Of a stretch of 64,000 nt of DNA, positions 32,360 through 44,536 are shown one piece after another. How positions within the stretch are numbered: position 1 is the stretch's first letter; each line of letters starts with the position of its first letter. This stretch comes from Chrysemys picta bellii (Eukaryota): NCBI RefSeq assembly GCF_011386835.1, contig NC_088800.1, forward strand, positions 1,178,001-1,242,000. The letters run 5' to 3'. Below the pieces are notes generated by a model. It made no database searches, was not told the DNA's origin, and saw only the letters and a list, made by a program, of their open reading frames with translations. Made by a program: the position numbers and the translations under genes.

Positions 32360-33300
32360 GACTTGACAGCTTCATGCAGCCAGTTCGGGGGTCTGCGTGA
32401 CAGCCTAGTCCACAATGTAACTACCTTCACAGTTAGAACATTTCTCCTGATATCTATCCTAAGTCTCCCCTGCTGCAAACTAAGCCCATCACTTCTTATC
32501 CTGCCTCCAGTGGACATGGAGATCCATCGATCCCCGTCCTCTTTAGAACAGCCCTTCACAGATTTGAAGACTGGTGTTAGATCCCCCCTCTGTCTCCTTT
32601 TCTCAAGACTAAACATGCCCAGGTTTTTTTTAACCTCTCCTCACAGGTCGGGTTTTCTAAACCTTTATCGCTTTTGTCACTCTCCTCTGGACTCGCTCCA
32701 ATTTGTCCACAACTTTCCTGAAGTGTGGGGTCCAGAACTGGACACAGTGCTCCAGCTGAGGTCTCATCACTGCCGAGTGGAGTGGGACCGTTACCGCCTG
32801 TGTTGTATCTACGACACTCCTGATTATACCCCCCAGAATGACATTAGCCTTTTTTGCAACTGCACCACATTTTTGACTCTCCGTCCGTGATCCACTCGAA
32901 TCACCAGGTCCTTTCCAGCAGTACAACCACCTAGCCAGCTATTCCCCACTGTGTAGTTGTATGTTTGAGTTTTCCTTCCTAAGTGAAATACTTTGCACTT
33001 GTCTATGTTGAATTTCATCTTGGTGAATTCAGATCTGTTCTCTAATTTGTCAGGGTTGTTTTTAATTAGAATCCTGGCCTCCGGCTGCTTGCAACCTCCC
33101 AGCTTGGTGTCATCTGCAGATTGTATAAGTACATTCACCTGGGACTCACCCTCTGGGACCCCAATAGATACGTCCTCCCAGTTTAACAGTGAAGCACTGG
33201 TTTGATTTTGGTCTTTCAACCAGTTGTTCACCCAACTTCCTAGTGATTTCATCTCGACCACGTTTCCCTAGTTAGCTGATGAGGATGTCAGGTGGGACTG
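32360..33300 (-). mobile_element. Older frameshifted CR1 fragment (continues briefly after 33704)
   Basis: Broken RT pieces: KKANVILG, RPQLEHCVQFW, FSLEKRR, ADDTKLGG, MKFNIDKCKVFHLG. Confidence 0.85.
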
Positions 33301-33704
33301 TGTCACGGAGTGGGGGAAAGTCAGGGCCCTGCACCCCGCTTCCTGCGATTCACCGGGACTCTCAGCCAGCCAGTGACACAGAAGGGTTATTAGATGACAG
33401 GAACACAGTCCCAAGCAGAGCGTGTAGGTACAACCAGAACCTCTCAATCAAATCCTTCTGGGGGGGTTAGACCCCAGTTTGGGGTTCCCTGCGTTGCACC
33501 ACCCAGCCCAAGACTGAAACCAAAACCTCCTCCAGGAGCTCTCTCCCCCCTCTCCCCTGCTCCTCCTCTCCTTTGTCCAGAAGGTGTCACTTCTCCCAAC
33601 CTCCCCGTCCTGGCTCAGGTTACAGCTCAGGGATCTTCCTTCAAGGGAAGTCCCCCATCCCCAGTGTAACTTCCCTGCAACATTCCCAGGTCAAATCCAC
33701 CCCG
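33301..33704. mobile_element. Solo LTR (404 bp) inserted into CR1
   Basis: TGTCACGG...CCGTCACA termini; perfect 5-bp TSD GACTG at 33296-33300 and 33705-33709. Confidence 0.85.
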
Positions 33705-33839
33705 CTCCGTCACAGACTGCGAAAAGTGTTACTGAACGGTTACATGGTCACTGGACCTCTCCTGCATGGCCAGGGCTGACCCCTGGGGTACGTTGGCCGC
33801 TGAGGCCTGCAGCTCTGCACCGCTAGCTGGAGTGCTGGG

Positions 33840-34828
33840 TGTCACGGAGCTGGACCGCAGGTGCAGTGCGCTGTGTCCTGGAGGGGCCAGTTCCTTGTGC
33901 ATGTAGGTGGGACAGCGTTAGGCTGTGTGGGTGGCTGGGCCAGGCCGAACTGCAGCTGCGTGTCCTGGCTACCCACAGATTGTGTCTTGGTGTTGTCACA
34001 GATCCACAGGGTTGGTGCTATGCCCCCAGCTTTGGAACAGTCTCTTGGGGGAGCCCCTTTGATGGATCAGACCCTCTGGGGGTTCTCTTTCCCTTCAGGG
34101 TCAGCCACACGCTCTCACCACCTCCACAGACTGAACCTCTGGGGCTCCAGCCCTCCTGCTTCACAGTGGGAGCTCTGCCCAGCGAGTCCAACTGCGACAG
34201 CTTGGCAGAGACTCGCCCACTCTGCAGGGACTAAGCACCTCGCCCAGCGGCTGCAGGGACACACGCTGTGAAAACAGTTGGGTTTATAGTCACCTGGACA
34301 TGCCTAGGGAGGCTTTCGGGCAGCACAGAGAAACGAAGGTCCATGCTGGTCAGCCCAGAGCACTTCACCAGCCCCGCTGTCGTGAAGCCCAGTTCAGGCT
34401 CGCTCTCTCCCTGACTTCCTTCCTTAGTTCCTGGGTGAGGGAGCTCTGGCACCTCTCAGAAGCCAATTCCTTAGTTCCCCCCTCACACCTTCCAGTCCTT
34501 TGTGGTGGGGTTTCTCCACCTGCCTCCTGCTGAGAGGTGTGGGAATCCTCTTCCCTCTGGGGCCTTGGTTGCTAGGTGTCCATATCCTGGTGACTGGACT
34601 TGCCCTTGTATTCTGGAATTTTCCATTGATATGGGTCAGCACCAGCCAATCCTTTTTAATGACCCCGGTCAGCTCAGTCAGCTGGTTACACCCTCTCCCC
34701 GCATCTCTTAGCCTGCCCAGTGAGCAAACTCAATCCTCCCACAGGTGGGGAGCCGTGCAAAGTATGAGGGAAACCGAGGCACACATAGGACTCATAAAAA
34801 TATCACAAAAAATTCCAACTCCATCACA
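33840..34828. mobile_element. Probable LTR-derived repeat; boundaries uncertain
   Basis: Begins TGTCACGGAG like the LTR at 33301 and ends ...catcaca; no TSD found. Confidence 0.4.
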
Positions 34829-37546
34829 GCCCATGATGACCCCCTTCCCCCAGTACTGCCCCTGCACCTCTGGGTCTCCTGAAATCAATGGGGCTCCTCC
34901 CCAGGAGAAAGGCAGCAAGATGGAGCCCAGAGCTGGGGCTTCCCGCTCTGTGCTCCAGGCTGGGATAGTCCTCCCAGTAGCCTACCATGTTTTGGCCCTC
35001 CCTGCCGCCATGTGGCACCGCACCGGTGAGAGGGGTTTGCCCCCACCCAGCACATCTCTTCCATAGTATCTCAGCCCACCTTGGACCCCTGGTGACGTCT
35101 TAGGTCAGGCCACGTAGGCGTCACTCAGCCCTTCCAAGCATTTGACAGCAGCTCGAAGAGAAATGCCTCTGCTAGCCCCTTTGGGCGACGGCTGCCATGG
35201 GGCAGGTGAGCTGCCTGCATGGGCGGCGTTCAAAGGCAGCCGCCGAAGGCTTTCCCATGGAGCAGGGTCCGAGCCCCAAACCCTCGGCGAGGGAACTGAC
35301 GAGGCAGGAGGCTTGCGAGTGGGTTATCAAACCTTCCCGCAGTGGCCAGGGGAGGAGAGGGTCAAAGCAGGCAGGGCTCACACAAGGGGGTGAGCTGCGG
35401 GCCCAGGGAATGCAGAATTGGGCTAGAGAAGTGCAGCACTATCCGTCCCATGGGTTCCCTCTGGTGCCCAGCCCCGGTAACGACAAGGCTCTGCTGCCGT
35501 TTACACGGTCCCACACCCACAGCAACGCGGCTCAAGTCAGGGGCCAGATGCTCAGCTCCTTTATTCAGCACAGCTTCAGTGGGGTAGTCAGGGAATTACG
35601 CTGATTTAACCCAGCTGTGGAGCTGGGGCCTGGCGCCAAGCAAGCCAGGACTCCGGCCAGGTGAGTGAAGGGGAGCAGGATGGGGCCTGCAGTTTCCAGA
35701 GCTCTGTGCTCCAGCGGCCAGCACAGGGTGAGCAGCGAGTGACATGCACCTTCAGGAACAGCTGTTGAACTGCAAAGGAGGATGATGAATCGGTAGGAAA
35801 TGCATTTTATTTAAGGCTTCCTAGAACGTGGGTGTTACAACCAGTTACCGGATGGGCTGACGGGGCAGTAGCTGTGCCCTGAGAGGAGAAGCAGCGCTTT
35901 GACTGGCTGATTTGTATCGCACTGCCCAGCGCCCGGGGACAGTGTGTCTAATCAGTGGTGAAAGAAAACTGCGGGCTCATGGGTTTATTGAGAAGTGGCA
36001 AAGGTTGCATCCAGTGGGGTCAGCCCAGCTGAGCAGGGGAATTGCAATTCCTAATCCCCTCCCCCCCCCATGTGGGTGGCTTAGTGCAAAGCATTGTTTG
36101 ACCAATACTAGTATTGTAACGGTTCTTGCACAACAGCCTGTGGTAGCACCAGCTATTTTGTGGCTGGCAATGTGGGGCACATTCAGGCCTAGTGGTTCAG
36201 TCATGGGCCCCCTCCTGGCCCATGTGACTCCTGCTTTGTGTTCTGAAGAAATACCAGGACATTCGCCCAGGAGGCCTTGCTGTCCGAGCAGAGCAGGGCA
36301 TCCCCTGGACTGTTCCCCGACGGGGGGACGGGGCTCGGCAGCCCTAGATTCACGGGGCAGAAGGGACCAGGGATCCCCCAGGCTGCCCCTGAGTACAGCA
36401 CGGGCCAGAGACCTGCCGCAGGAGCAGACCTTGGAGCAAAACATCCCATCTTGATTTCAAAATTGCCTGTGATGGAGCCTCCGCCACAGTCCTGCCTGTC
36501 CTCTGCCTGTGGCACGTAACAGCCCAGTCTCCCGTGGGCTGTAATACGTTGGTCTCATTTCGGGGGGGCCTAGCAGGTGGTGCTGGTGGCCAATGCTATA
36601 CGGGAGGTCAGGCTGGTGATCGAATGGCCTCTTCTGGCCTTAACCTCTCTGACTCTCTGGGGCCACACGATCCCTTTTAGCACAAACAAACCTGGAGGGA
36701 GCCAAGAGCTGCCAATTTCTGCCACTTTTACTGAGCCTCTCGTGATATTTGGTGCTTCTCTGTAAGGCCCAGCTCCTGGAGTCCTGTGATTATGGGAGAA
36801 TTTCAGCTTCCATTAAAAGGATGAGTAGGGTTTTTAGCCTCTCTGGTTGGCAGCAGGACCCACAGCTCACGTAGCGTGCTCTGGCCTGGGCTGAGGGGGC
36901 TGCCTGACGAAAAGCAGATGTTTGGGCACACCGTAGGGTGAGTGGGGTTGCTCTGACTCCTACCTCGGTCCTGACCACGCCGCCCACCTCGGTGAGCACA
37001 GACTGCAGCTCAGGTGAACTACGGCAGTTCAGCTTGTCTGTGCACCGGGAAACGTCCGGCACCCCTTTGTGACACGCTCCCACATGCTGGCCTGGGCCTC
37101 TGCTCTGTGCTGGGAGCAAGTGACCCCACGTGGGCTCTGGGGTAGATCCTCAGGCTGCATGGTGTGGTTACACCTCGCAGTGAAGATGCAACAGGGTTAC
37201 AAACAAGAGTCAAACCATTGCAGTGAAACCGGCGCTAATCTTCCCTGGCCTAAGTCACAGCTCAGCTGCACAGAGAGCCCCTAACCCCTGCACCCCCATT
37301 GCTTCCCAGGGCCCCCAGAGAGAGGCTGCCGGCTATTAACAGCGTTCACTCCGTCAGAACTGCTGCTTGGGTGACTTTCCCATAAATCCCTTTCTGCTCC
37401 CAGTCCAGGTGTGCCGGGCCGGCCCCACTCGGTCCCTTGGCAGCACTCCACTGTGTGACCCATGAGCATCCCTCCTCTCTTCCCCAGCCCCACCCCACCC
37501 AATCCGCTGGCACACGGTGCCACGGCACAGGACCGACTCTGGCTTC

Positions 37547-37783
37547 CTAGGTGCTGACGGCCCCCGGGGTCGCTCTCGTCTCCGTAAAGAAGCTCTTGAG
37601 TAGCAGGACTTGGCTGGCGCTGACCACGAGGAGGAGGACGGTCTCCCCCACAGACCAGTAGGAGACGTGGTCGTTCAGCTCTTCAGCCCGGCTCCGGTCC
37701 TGAGCCTCCCGCAGCCGGTAACGAGTCTGGGAGTCGATCACGGTATTTAAAGCTTCGTGAATGGTGACACAAGCAGATTCCAT
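37547..37783 (-). CDS. TMED3: Transmembrane p24 trafficking protein 3, exon 3
   Basis: cccag|ATG acceptor; [68 protein letters not shown]... then TAG. Confidence 0.95.
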   Translation of the reverse strand: MESACVTIHEALNTVIDSQTRYRLREAQDRSRAEELNDHVSYWSVGETVLLLVVSASQVLLLKSFFTETRATPGAVST

Positions 37784-38652
37784 CTGGGGAAACAAACACA
37801 CCCCCCTTGGTACCTGCATCACTACACACAGCTGGGCCCGGCTGGGACAATCGGCTAGTCGCTATATTCTGATGAGGGAGTAAAATACCATCCCCCCGTG
37901 TCAGAGAGCGGCAGAGGCGTCACGGGACGGCCCAGGAGGGGCAGAGGAGCGAGTCTCTGGCTAGAGACCGTTCTACTTCTACCTGCAGGCCCAAGTTTTC
38001 CAAAGTGGTCTCTGATTTTGGGTGCCCAACCTGAGGTAGCTAGGGCCTGCTTTTGGAGGTGCTTAGCACCCAGAGCTCTCCAGCTGGGGTCAGTGGGAGC
38101 TGCAGGTGCTGATCGGGCTCAGCTGTGCAGGGCTGAGAACTGGAGGTACACACACACCCCTATATTGTCAAGAGTGGCTTTGGGGTGTGTGTGATTGTGT
38201 GTGTACGTACGTGGCTCACAATGCCTCTCTCTCTCTCCTTGGAGATAAGCCCAAGCCAACGCATGGACCCAAAGACCTCTCCCCCGGCCCCCAGCTCAGG
38301 GAAGGTTCTGCTCTGGATGTGAATTGTGTGGTTGGGCCGGCCTGTCCTTTACCTGAGACTATGGTACATTCCCTTTTTCTAAGCCAGCTGCATTCTTCCC
38401 TTCTGCTGGGACAGGCGTTGCATGACCCTGTACCACACAGTACAGTCACCCTGCGGCTGGAAGTTCTGCTTTTAGCTGAGAGCTAACGTGAGCCTAGGAC
38501 AAGGACACAACAGGGCCTGACCGTTTCTTTCTCAACCCTGGCCACGCTTTATCGGCATCTAACCTCAGAAGCTCTGTGCTGCTCTACCACGAGAGAGAGT
38601 TACAAAACTGCCCCACTCCCATGCAACAGACGCACGCGGGAACCCGACAAAC

Positions 38653-38901
38653 CTGTGTCAAGGCGGTGACCCTGTGGTTCATGTCCGGGAGAATCGGGGG
38701 CTCGTCTCCAACTTGCAAGTCAAAGTAGACAGTTTTGTGTGAAAAAGTGGAGAACTCGTTGCTGAAGCAAAATGTGTAGACGCCTGCGACCTCGGCTCGA
38801 TGGGAAAAGCTGTCGTATTGCTTCTTAGCTTCTTTGTAAAGGGTCTTGCCATTGGGATCTTCCACGTAGCAGTCCACATCGTAATGCCCCCCTGTAATCA
38901 C
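38653..38901 (-). CDS. TMED3: TMED3 exon 2 (GOLD domain)
   Basis: catag|GTG acceptor, CAG|gtttgt donor; [16 protein letters not shown]...[24 protein letters not shown]...VTALTQ. Confidence 0.95.
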
Positions 38902-39539
38902 CTATGGGGACAAAGCATGTCTGTCAGGGACGGAGAATTTACCTCATGCCCCCCCTCCTCCCCGGCTGGGCCTGTCTCCAGACAGCTCCAAGCAGAGGAT
39001 GGCACTGCCTGGATCTCACTCAGGCCATGGCCCCTGGCTTTGCATCCCGCCTTTTCTGTACAAAAGCCATCTGCAAACCTGTCCCTATGGGTGGTGGTGG
39101 AGCTGGTGCTGGAGCCTGACTGACAGGCTCACACGGAATCCCTGAGGCTGGGGGAGATTTTGTAGCTTTCAGAAATATCCCAATAGCCCTTGTCTGGCTT
39201 GGCAGCTCTGAGCTCAGAGGGGTGTTCTCCGGAGGGATCCCGAGTCCGTGTACACAGAGCTCTGCCGCCCGGGTGTTCACATAAAGGCTGGGATGTTAAT
39301 GAGTTAAAGTATGGCCCGGCCCAGGGAGCTTTTCTTTATCCGGCATTTCAGCGAACTGGGAATTCTCTCAACTGCTCCCCCCGCCCCCCGTTTGGTGGGA
39401 GCGGAGGTCGGTTCTGGTCCGGTTCTGCCCAGATCCGGCTGCCCGACAGGTGGCAAGTCCCAGACCAGCCTAGAAAGTGCCCCTGATCTCTGGCACCAGC
39501 CGGAGCTGGTCGCTGGCAGGGGCCCGGGCCCGGCAGGGA

Positions 39540-39918
39540 GATTCATAGATTCTAGGACTGGAAGGGACCTCGAGAGGTCATCGAGTCCAGTCCCCTTCCC
39601 TCATGGCAGGACTAAATACTGTCTAGACCATCCCTGATAGACATTTATCTAACCTACTCTTAAATATCTCCAGAGACGGAGATTCCACAACCTCCCTAGG
39701 CAATTGATTCCAGTGTTTAACCACCCTGACAGTTAGGAACTTTTTCCTAATGTCCAACCTAGACCTCCCTTGCTGCAGTTTAAACCCATTGCTTCTGGTT
39801 CTATCCTTAGAGGCTAAGGTGAACAAGTTCTCTCCCTCCTCCTCATGACACCCTTTTAGATACCTGTAAACTGCTATCATGTCCCCTCTCAGGCGTCTCT
39901 TTTCCAAACTAAACAAAC
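39540..39918 (-). mobile_element. CR1 LINE 3' fragment in TMED3 intron 1
   Basis: attcatagattctaggactggaagggacc terminus; minus strand [21 protein letters not shown]...WNQLP. Confidence 0.9.
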
Positions 39919-39949
39919 AAACTAAAACAAAAGGGAGGACACGGGGCTG

Positions 39950-41100
39950 CCCCAGTCCGGCCAGACCCGGCAGCGACCCGGCGCGGGCAGACCCGGGGCT
40001 GCTCCAGCCCAGGTACAGGGCAGCGGGGACGAGCCGGGCAGTGGGTTCCCGCGGCCGGGGCTGGGCCGGAGCGGAGCCGCTCTCCCTGGTGCTGCAGGCT
40101 CCAGCCCCGGCCCCTGGCGCGGCGCGGGGACCCAGCGGGGAGGCGCCAGCCCGGGGCTCTGGGCGCAGCCGGGCCGGCGGGACCGGGCCGGAGAGAACCC
40201 GGCCGTGGCTGGGGCTTCTCCGCCGCGGAGCCCGGTCCTCTGCGGGGAGCCCCCGAGCTCCGACCGCGGCTCCCCCAGGCGCTCCCCGCCGGCAGCCGCT
40301 AGACCCGCCGGGTTCGGGGCCTCGCACGGGCCGAACGGGGACCCCCCCCCCGAGCCGAGCCGGGCCGAGCGGGGACCCGGCACCCCCCCCCCGAGCCGAG
40401 CGGGGGGACCCCAGCGCCCCCCCCATCCGAGCCGAGCCGAGCGGGGACCCCCCCGAGCCGAGCGGGCCCCTGCCCCCCGGTACCTGGAAGTCCAGCGTGA
40501 AGTGGCGGCCTTGCGGCAGCGGCTGGTGGAAGCACTGCCGGGCGCTGTCGGGCAGCTCGAAGGTGAGCTCGGCGCCCCCGGCCCGGCCCGCCTGCAGCAG
40601 GCAGAGAAGCCAGCACAGCGCCCGGCCGCCCATCCCCGCCGCCGCCGGCCTCCGACGTGGCAGCGCAGCCGGGCGGGGAGCGCCGCTTCCGGGCCCCCAG
40701 CGCGCAGCCGTGCGCCCTCCCCCGGGGGGAGGACGGGGGGGCACAGCGGCGCCCAGCGGCCGCCCAGGGGGGTGCGCGGGGGGCCCGGCCGGGGCGGGGG
40801 TCCTGGCAGGGGCTGCGCGGGGGGGCTGCCCCGGAGTGACGGACTGTGGGAGAGAGAAACCCAGGGAACCCATCCGAGCCAGTCACCCCAACTGCCCCCC
40901 CCGAAATACACCCTCTAGAGGCGCCGGGTCGGGTCACTCCCCGGGGGAAAATCCCGGGGGAATTTCCCTGGTAGCTTCTGCGCAATCCTCCACTTCCCAG
41001 CAGGGCCGGATCCCGGCCGGGAACCGCTCCAGGCCTGGCACCGGCGCCAGCCCCAAGGGGCCCCAGGCCCCCACCGGTGCGGAAAACTCTCCCCCTCCGC
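39950..41100. promoter_or_regulatory. CpG island over the TMED3 promoter and exon 1
   Basis: Visibly high CpG and GC density spanning the ATG. Confidence 0.75.
40484..40633 (-). CDS. TMED3: TMED3 exon 1 (signal peptide and start of GOLD domain)
   Basis: [37 protein letters not shown]...FTLDFQ|gtaccg; 150 bp, phase 0. Confidence 0.93.
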
Positions 41101-41619
41101 CTGGAATTGCTCCTGCCCCATGGGGCAAAGGACAGGCACCAGTGAGTACCCTGACACTGAAAGGGAGCCTCCCCGGCTCCATTCTCCCGGAGGCTGGGCT
41201 GCAACTGGCAACTGCAGCGGGGCAGGGCGGGGGATGCTGGCACACCTTGCTGTTTGTCCTGTGGGCCTGCTGCCCTTTGCAGCCAGGCGATGCCAGGGCA
41301 CTGGAGCAAATGTGATCTGCCAGAAGAGTGAATGGGCCTCGTGTGGCCTGGCTGACTTCCTCCCGCGTGGAAATGGTGCCCCCCTTCACTGCGAGGGGGT
41401 GGGGTGGGGGCAGAAGGCAAGTGAGAACATTTAAGCAAACAGCAGAGTCCTGCTGGGAATTCCCGAGACCCCGGTGGAGTGGCTGTGCCCTGGGATGGGA
41501 ACGGGTGAGAGTTGGTAACTGGCCCAGGTGGTCCATGGCTGTCTTCGGGCTAAAGGAACCATCTGCTCGGTTTGAACACTAATGGACGGGCAAGGAAATA
41601 AGCTGATGAGACAGGCCAG

Positions 41620-41728
41620 AGCCCTGGGATGATTTAGGTGGGAATTGGTCCTGCTTTGAGCAGGGGGTTGGACTAGATACCTCCTGAGGTCCCTTCCAAC
41701 CCTGAGATTCTATGATTCTATGATTCTC
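41620..41728 (+). mobile_element. CR1 extreme 3' end
   Basis: ggactagatacctcctgaggtcccttccaaccctgag followed by an (ATTCTATG)n tail. Confidence 0.85.
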
Positions 41729-42305
41729 ACCCGGCGCTTTAGGAAGGCGATGCCTCCACCCCCTTCCCTTCGGGCTGCAGGCCTGAGCCAAGCGCCGGGG
41801 AAGTCAGGGGAAAGACTCCCATCGACTTGGCTTGGCTTTGGATTAGGCCTTCAGGCCGGTGGGCCTGGCCCAGGCTGCTGTGATGGGCAGCGACCCAGTG
41901 GGTATTGCAACAGCAGAGCTGCCACCTGCCTCGGCCCTTTGCTCCCTTGCCCCCGCGCTGTGGGAAAGGCAGGGGCTCCGCAGGTCCAGGGGAGTTGGCT
42001 CGGTCAGCTGGGTCCGTGGGGGATGGAAGAGCCCCCCTGTTGGGCAGGAAGTAGCCCTGGGCATTGGGCAGGGGGTGCTTGTCCTTGGCGTCACCACTGA
42101 GCCAATGCGCCAGTGCGGTGCTAAGGGGTCGCTGTGCCTGTCGTGGCCCCAATGTCATTTTGCAGCCAACTCTAGATGGAAGCAGCACTGGTGTAAAACC
42201 AGAGCTCTGGCCCCCAGCAGTGGTCCCCTGGTACCTTCTCAGGAGAGGAAGCGTTAGGAGTATTAGTCCTGATGCTCTAGCCAAATTACAGTGTGGATAA
42301 GGACA

Positions 42306-42501
42306 GGTTTCAGAGTAGCAGCCGTGTTAGTCTGTATCCGCAAAAAGAACAGGAGTACTTGTGGCACCTTAGAGACTAACACATTTATTAGAGCATAAGC
42401 TTTCGTGGGCCACATCCGAAGAAGTGGGCTGTAGCCCATGAAAGCTTATGCTCTAATAAATTTGTTAGTCTCTAAGGTGCCACAAGTACTCCTGTTCTTT
42501 T
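42306..42501. mobile_element. Internally deleted Penelope-like palindrome
   Basis: Same termini as 15808-16278 (cagagtagcagccgtgttagtctgtatccgcaaaaagaacaggagtac...gtactcctgttctttt) with the centre removed. Confidence 0.85.
42412..42451 (+). ncRNA. Minimal hammerhead ribozyme motif
   Basis: acatCCGAAGAAgtgggctgtagcccatGAAAgcttatgc; 3-bp stem I and a G-U closing pair in stem II. Confidence 0.5.
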
Positions 42502-42778
42502 AGTGTGGATAATACACTCTGAGACCAGAATTTGGCCCTGGGTTACTCTAAATCCCACCTGATGTTTCAGTTCAGTACAAAATTCTCCTTTGCAGCCTTG
42601 GGACCTTAACTTCCCAGCTGTCCTACAGGATGAGTTCCACTGAATAACACGGAGCTGATTTCCTGGGGGGAGAGGGGGGAAGATGCCCCCCGCCCACCAG
42701 TGGCTAACTGGCCCTACAGGCACGTTTCATTAATAAACTCGGGGAAAGAGTGGTGTAGTTCAGAGGAATATTACACTG

Positions 42779-42784
42779 TTTATT
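42779..42784 (-). terminator. Putative ANKRD34C polyadenylation signal
   Basis: TTTATT on the + strand at the end of an AT-rich, UTR-like block about 3.85 kb past the ANKRD34C stop. Confidence 0.5.
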
Positions 42785-43519
42785 AATGTGACAAGGTAAT
42801 AAAGTCTAAACTATCGCACAGTATCTTCCAACATCTCTGCACACCTGAACGCACACTTTAAAATGTGAACAAACATCATTACAATATGTTCTGCTAAAGG
42901 AGAACGTGTCCTATTTCCAATCCCAATGTACATTACACAGGAAGCTCAAAGCATATCTATCACCTGCATTCTGCAGGGCACCATTGTCCTAAATCAGTGG
43001 CGAAGGACAGTCACTGTCAGGGGGGAAAAAAAAAAAAGCTATTGGAATATCTCGGAATGAACAGAAGTGGCGAACTATAGACTTTAAATCCGCAGTCTAA
43101 AATATATTTCAACAAACACTTCATTACAACAGGGAAAATATGCCTAAAGTTCCATTGAGAAGACATTTGACTTACAGTAGGTATAAACCTTAAGGCTCTA
43201 AAAATGTTCGCTCGCCTTTGATCTAATCAGCTTATTGAAATCTAAAATGCACTTTGAAAGAATGTTCTTGTGCAATTTAAACCACAGATCAAGGCTGCTT
43301 TGGGCAGGAACCTTGCAAGGTTTTGCAACAGTCTAGAGACCAGCTAGTGCACTGGGGAAGGTACGAGCATCACCAGGAGAGCTGCATGAGGGGATTAGAT
43401 GAAACGCGTCATTTGGCTGGTCTGTGCGAGGACACACGGACATAGTGCCCAAGGTGGCAGTGAGCTGCGTGCCAGGTACCGCTGGGCTGGCAGCGGGAGT
43501 CAGGATATTGAGTTCATTA

Positions 43520-44536
43520 CAGTAACTCCTCCTTAACATTGTCGTTATGTTCCTGAAAAATGCGACTTTAAGCGAAATGATGTTAAGCGAATCCAATTTC
43601 CCCATAAGAATTAATGTAAATGGGGGGGGGGTTTAGGTTCCAGGGAAATTTTTTTCACCAGACAAAAAACTATATATGATATAGATATACACACAGTATA
43701 TGTTTTAAACAAACAATTGAATACTGTTCACAGCAATGATGATTGTGAAGCTTGGTTGAAGTGGTGAAGTCAGAGGGTGGAAGAGGGTGGGATATTTCCC
43801 AGGGAATGCCTTACTGCTAAATGATGAACTAGCACTCGGCTGAGCCCTCAAGGGTTAACACATTGTTGTTAATGTAGCCTCTCACACAAGGCAGCACGAA
43901 CACGAGGGAGGGGAGACAGCATAGCAGACAGAGACAGACATACACCTTGTGTGTGGGAGAGAGAGAGAAATGCACACTGCCCCGTTAAGTAAGCTGACCC
44001 ACTCTTAAGTGCATTGTCTTTTTAAGTGGATCAGGAAGTGAGACAGCAGCTGCTGCCCCAAGCTCTCTCTGTCTCTCTCTGTCTGTGTCCCCTCCTTGCT
44101 CTATATGGAGAAGGGATAAGTGGGGTGCAGGAGCAGGGGGGGGGGGAGGGGGACACCCTGACATTAGTCTCCCCTCCCCCCGCACAGGAAGCAGGAGTCT
44201 CTGGGAGCAGCTCCAAGGCAAAGGGCAGGAGCAGCACATGGCAGTGGGGGGAGGGACAGCTGAACTGCCGATTGATAGTCTGTTGGGCGGCTGCAGCACA
44301 GGGAACTTAGGGGAGCCGGGAGCTGATGGGGGGGCTGCTGGTCCACCCTGCTTCCAAGCCCCCACCAGCTCGCTCCAATGGGCTGCTCTTCCTGCAAGCA
44401 GTGGACAAAGCAGGCAGCTGCCAAACCATGTTAGAAGGGAGCATTGCGCAACTTTAAACGAGCATGTTCCCTAATTGGTCAGCAACGAAACAACGACACA
44501 ACGTTAACCGGGAGGACTTGAAGTGAGGAGTTCCTG
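43520..44536. mobile_element. Non-autonomous Tc1/mariner (Tigger/pogo-like) DNA transposon
   Basis: TA flanks (43518-43519 and 44537-44538); degenerate TIRs cagtaactcctc-cttaa and cag(g)aactcctcacttcaa. Confidence 0.75.

Noticed and set aside
35560-35989. Three minus-strand AATAAA hexamers (35560, 35806, 35984) as the TMED3 polyA site
   Set aside because: All plausible; cannot choose among them without 3'-end data, so none is called
39879-41315. 478-aa plus-strand ORF and other long ORFs across the TMED3 CpG island
   Set aside because: Stop-poor CpG-island sequence; no recognisable domain
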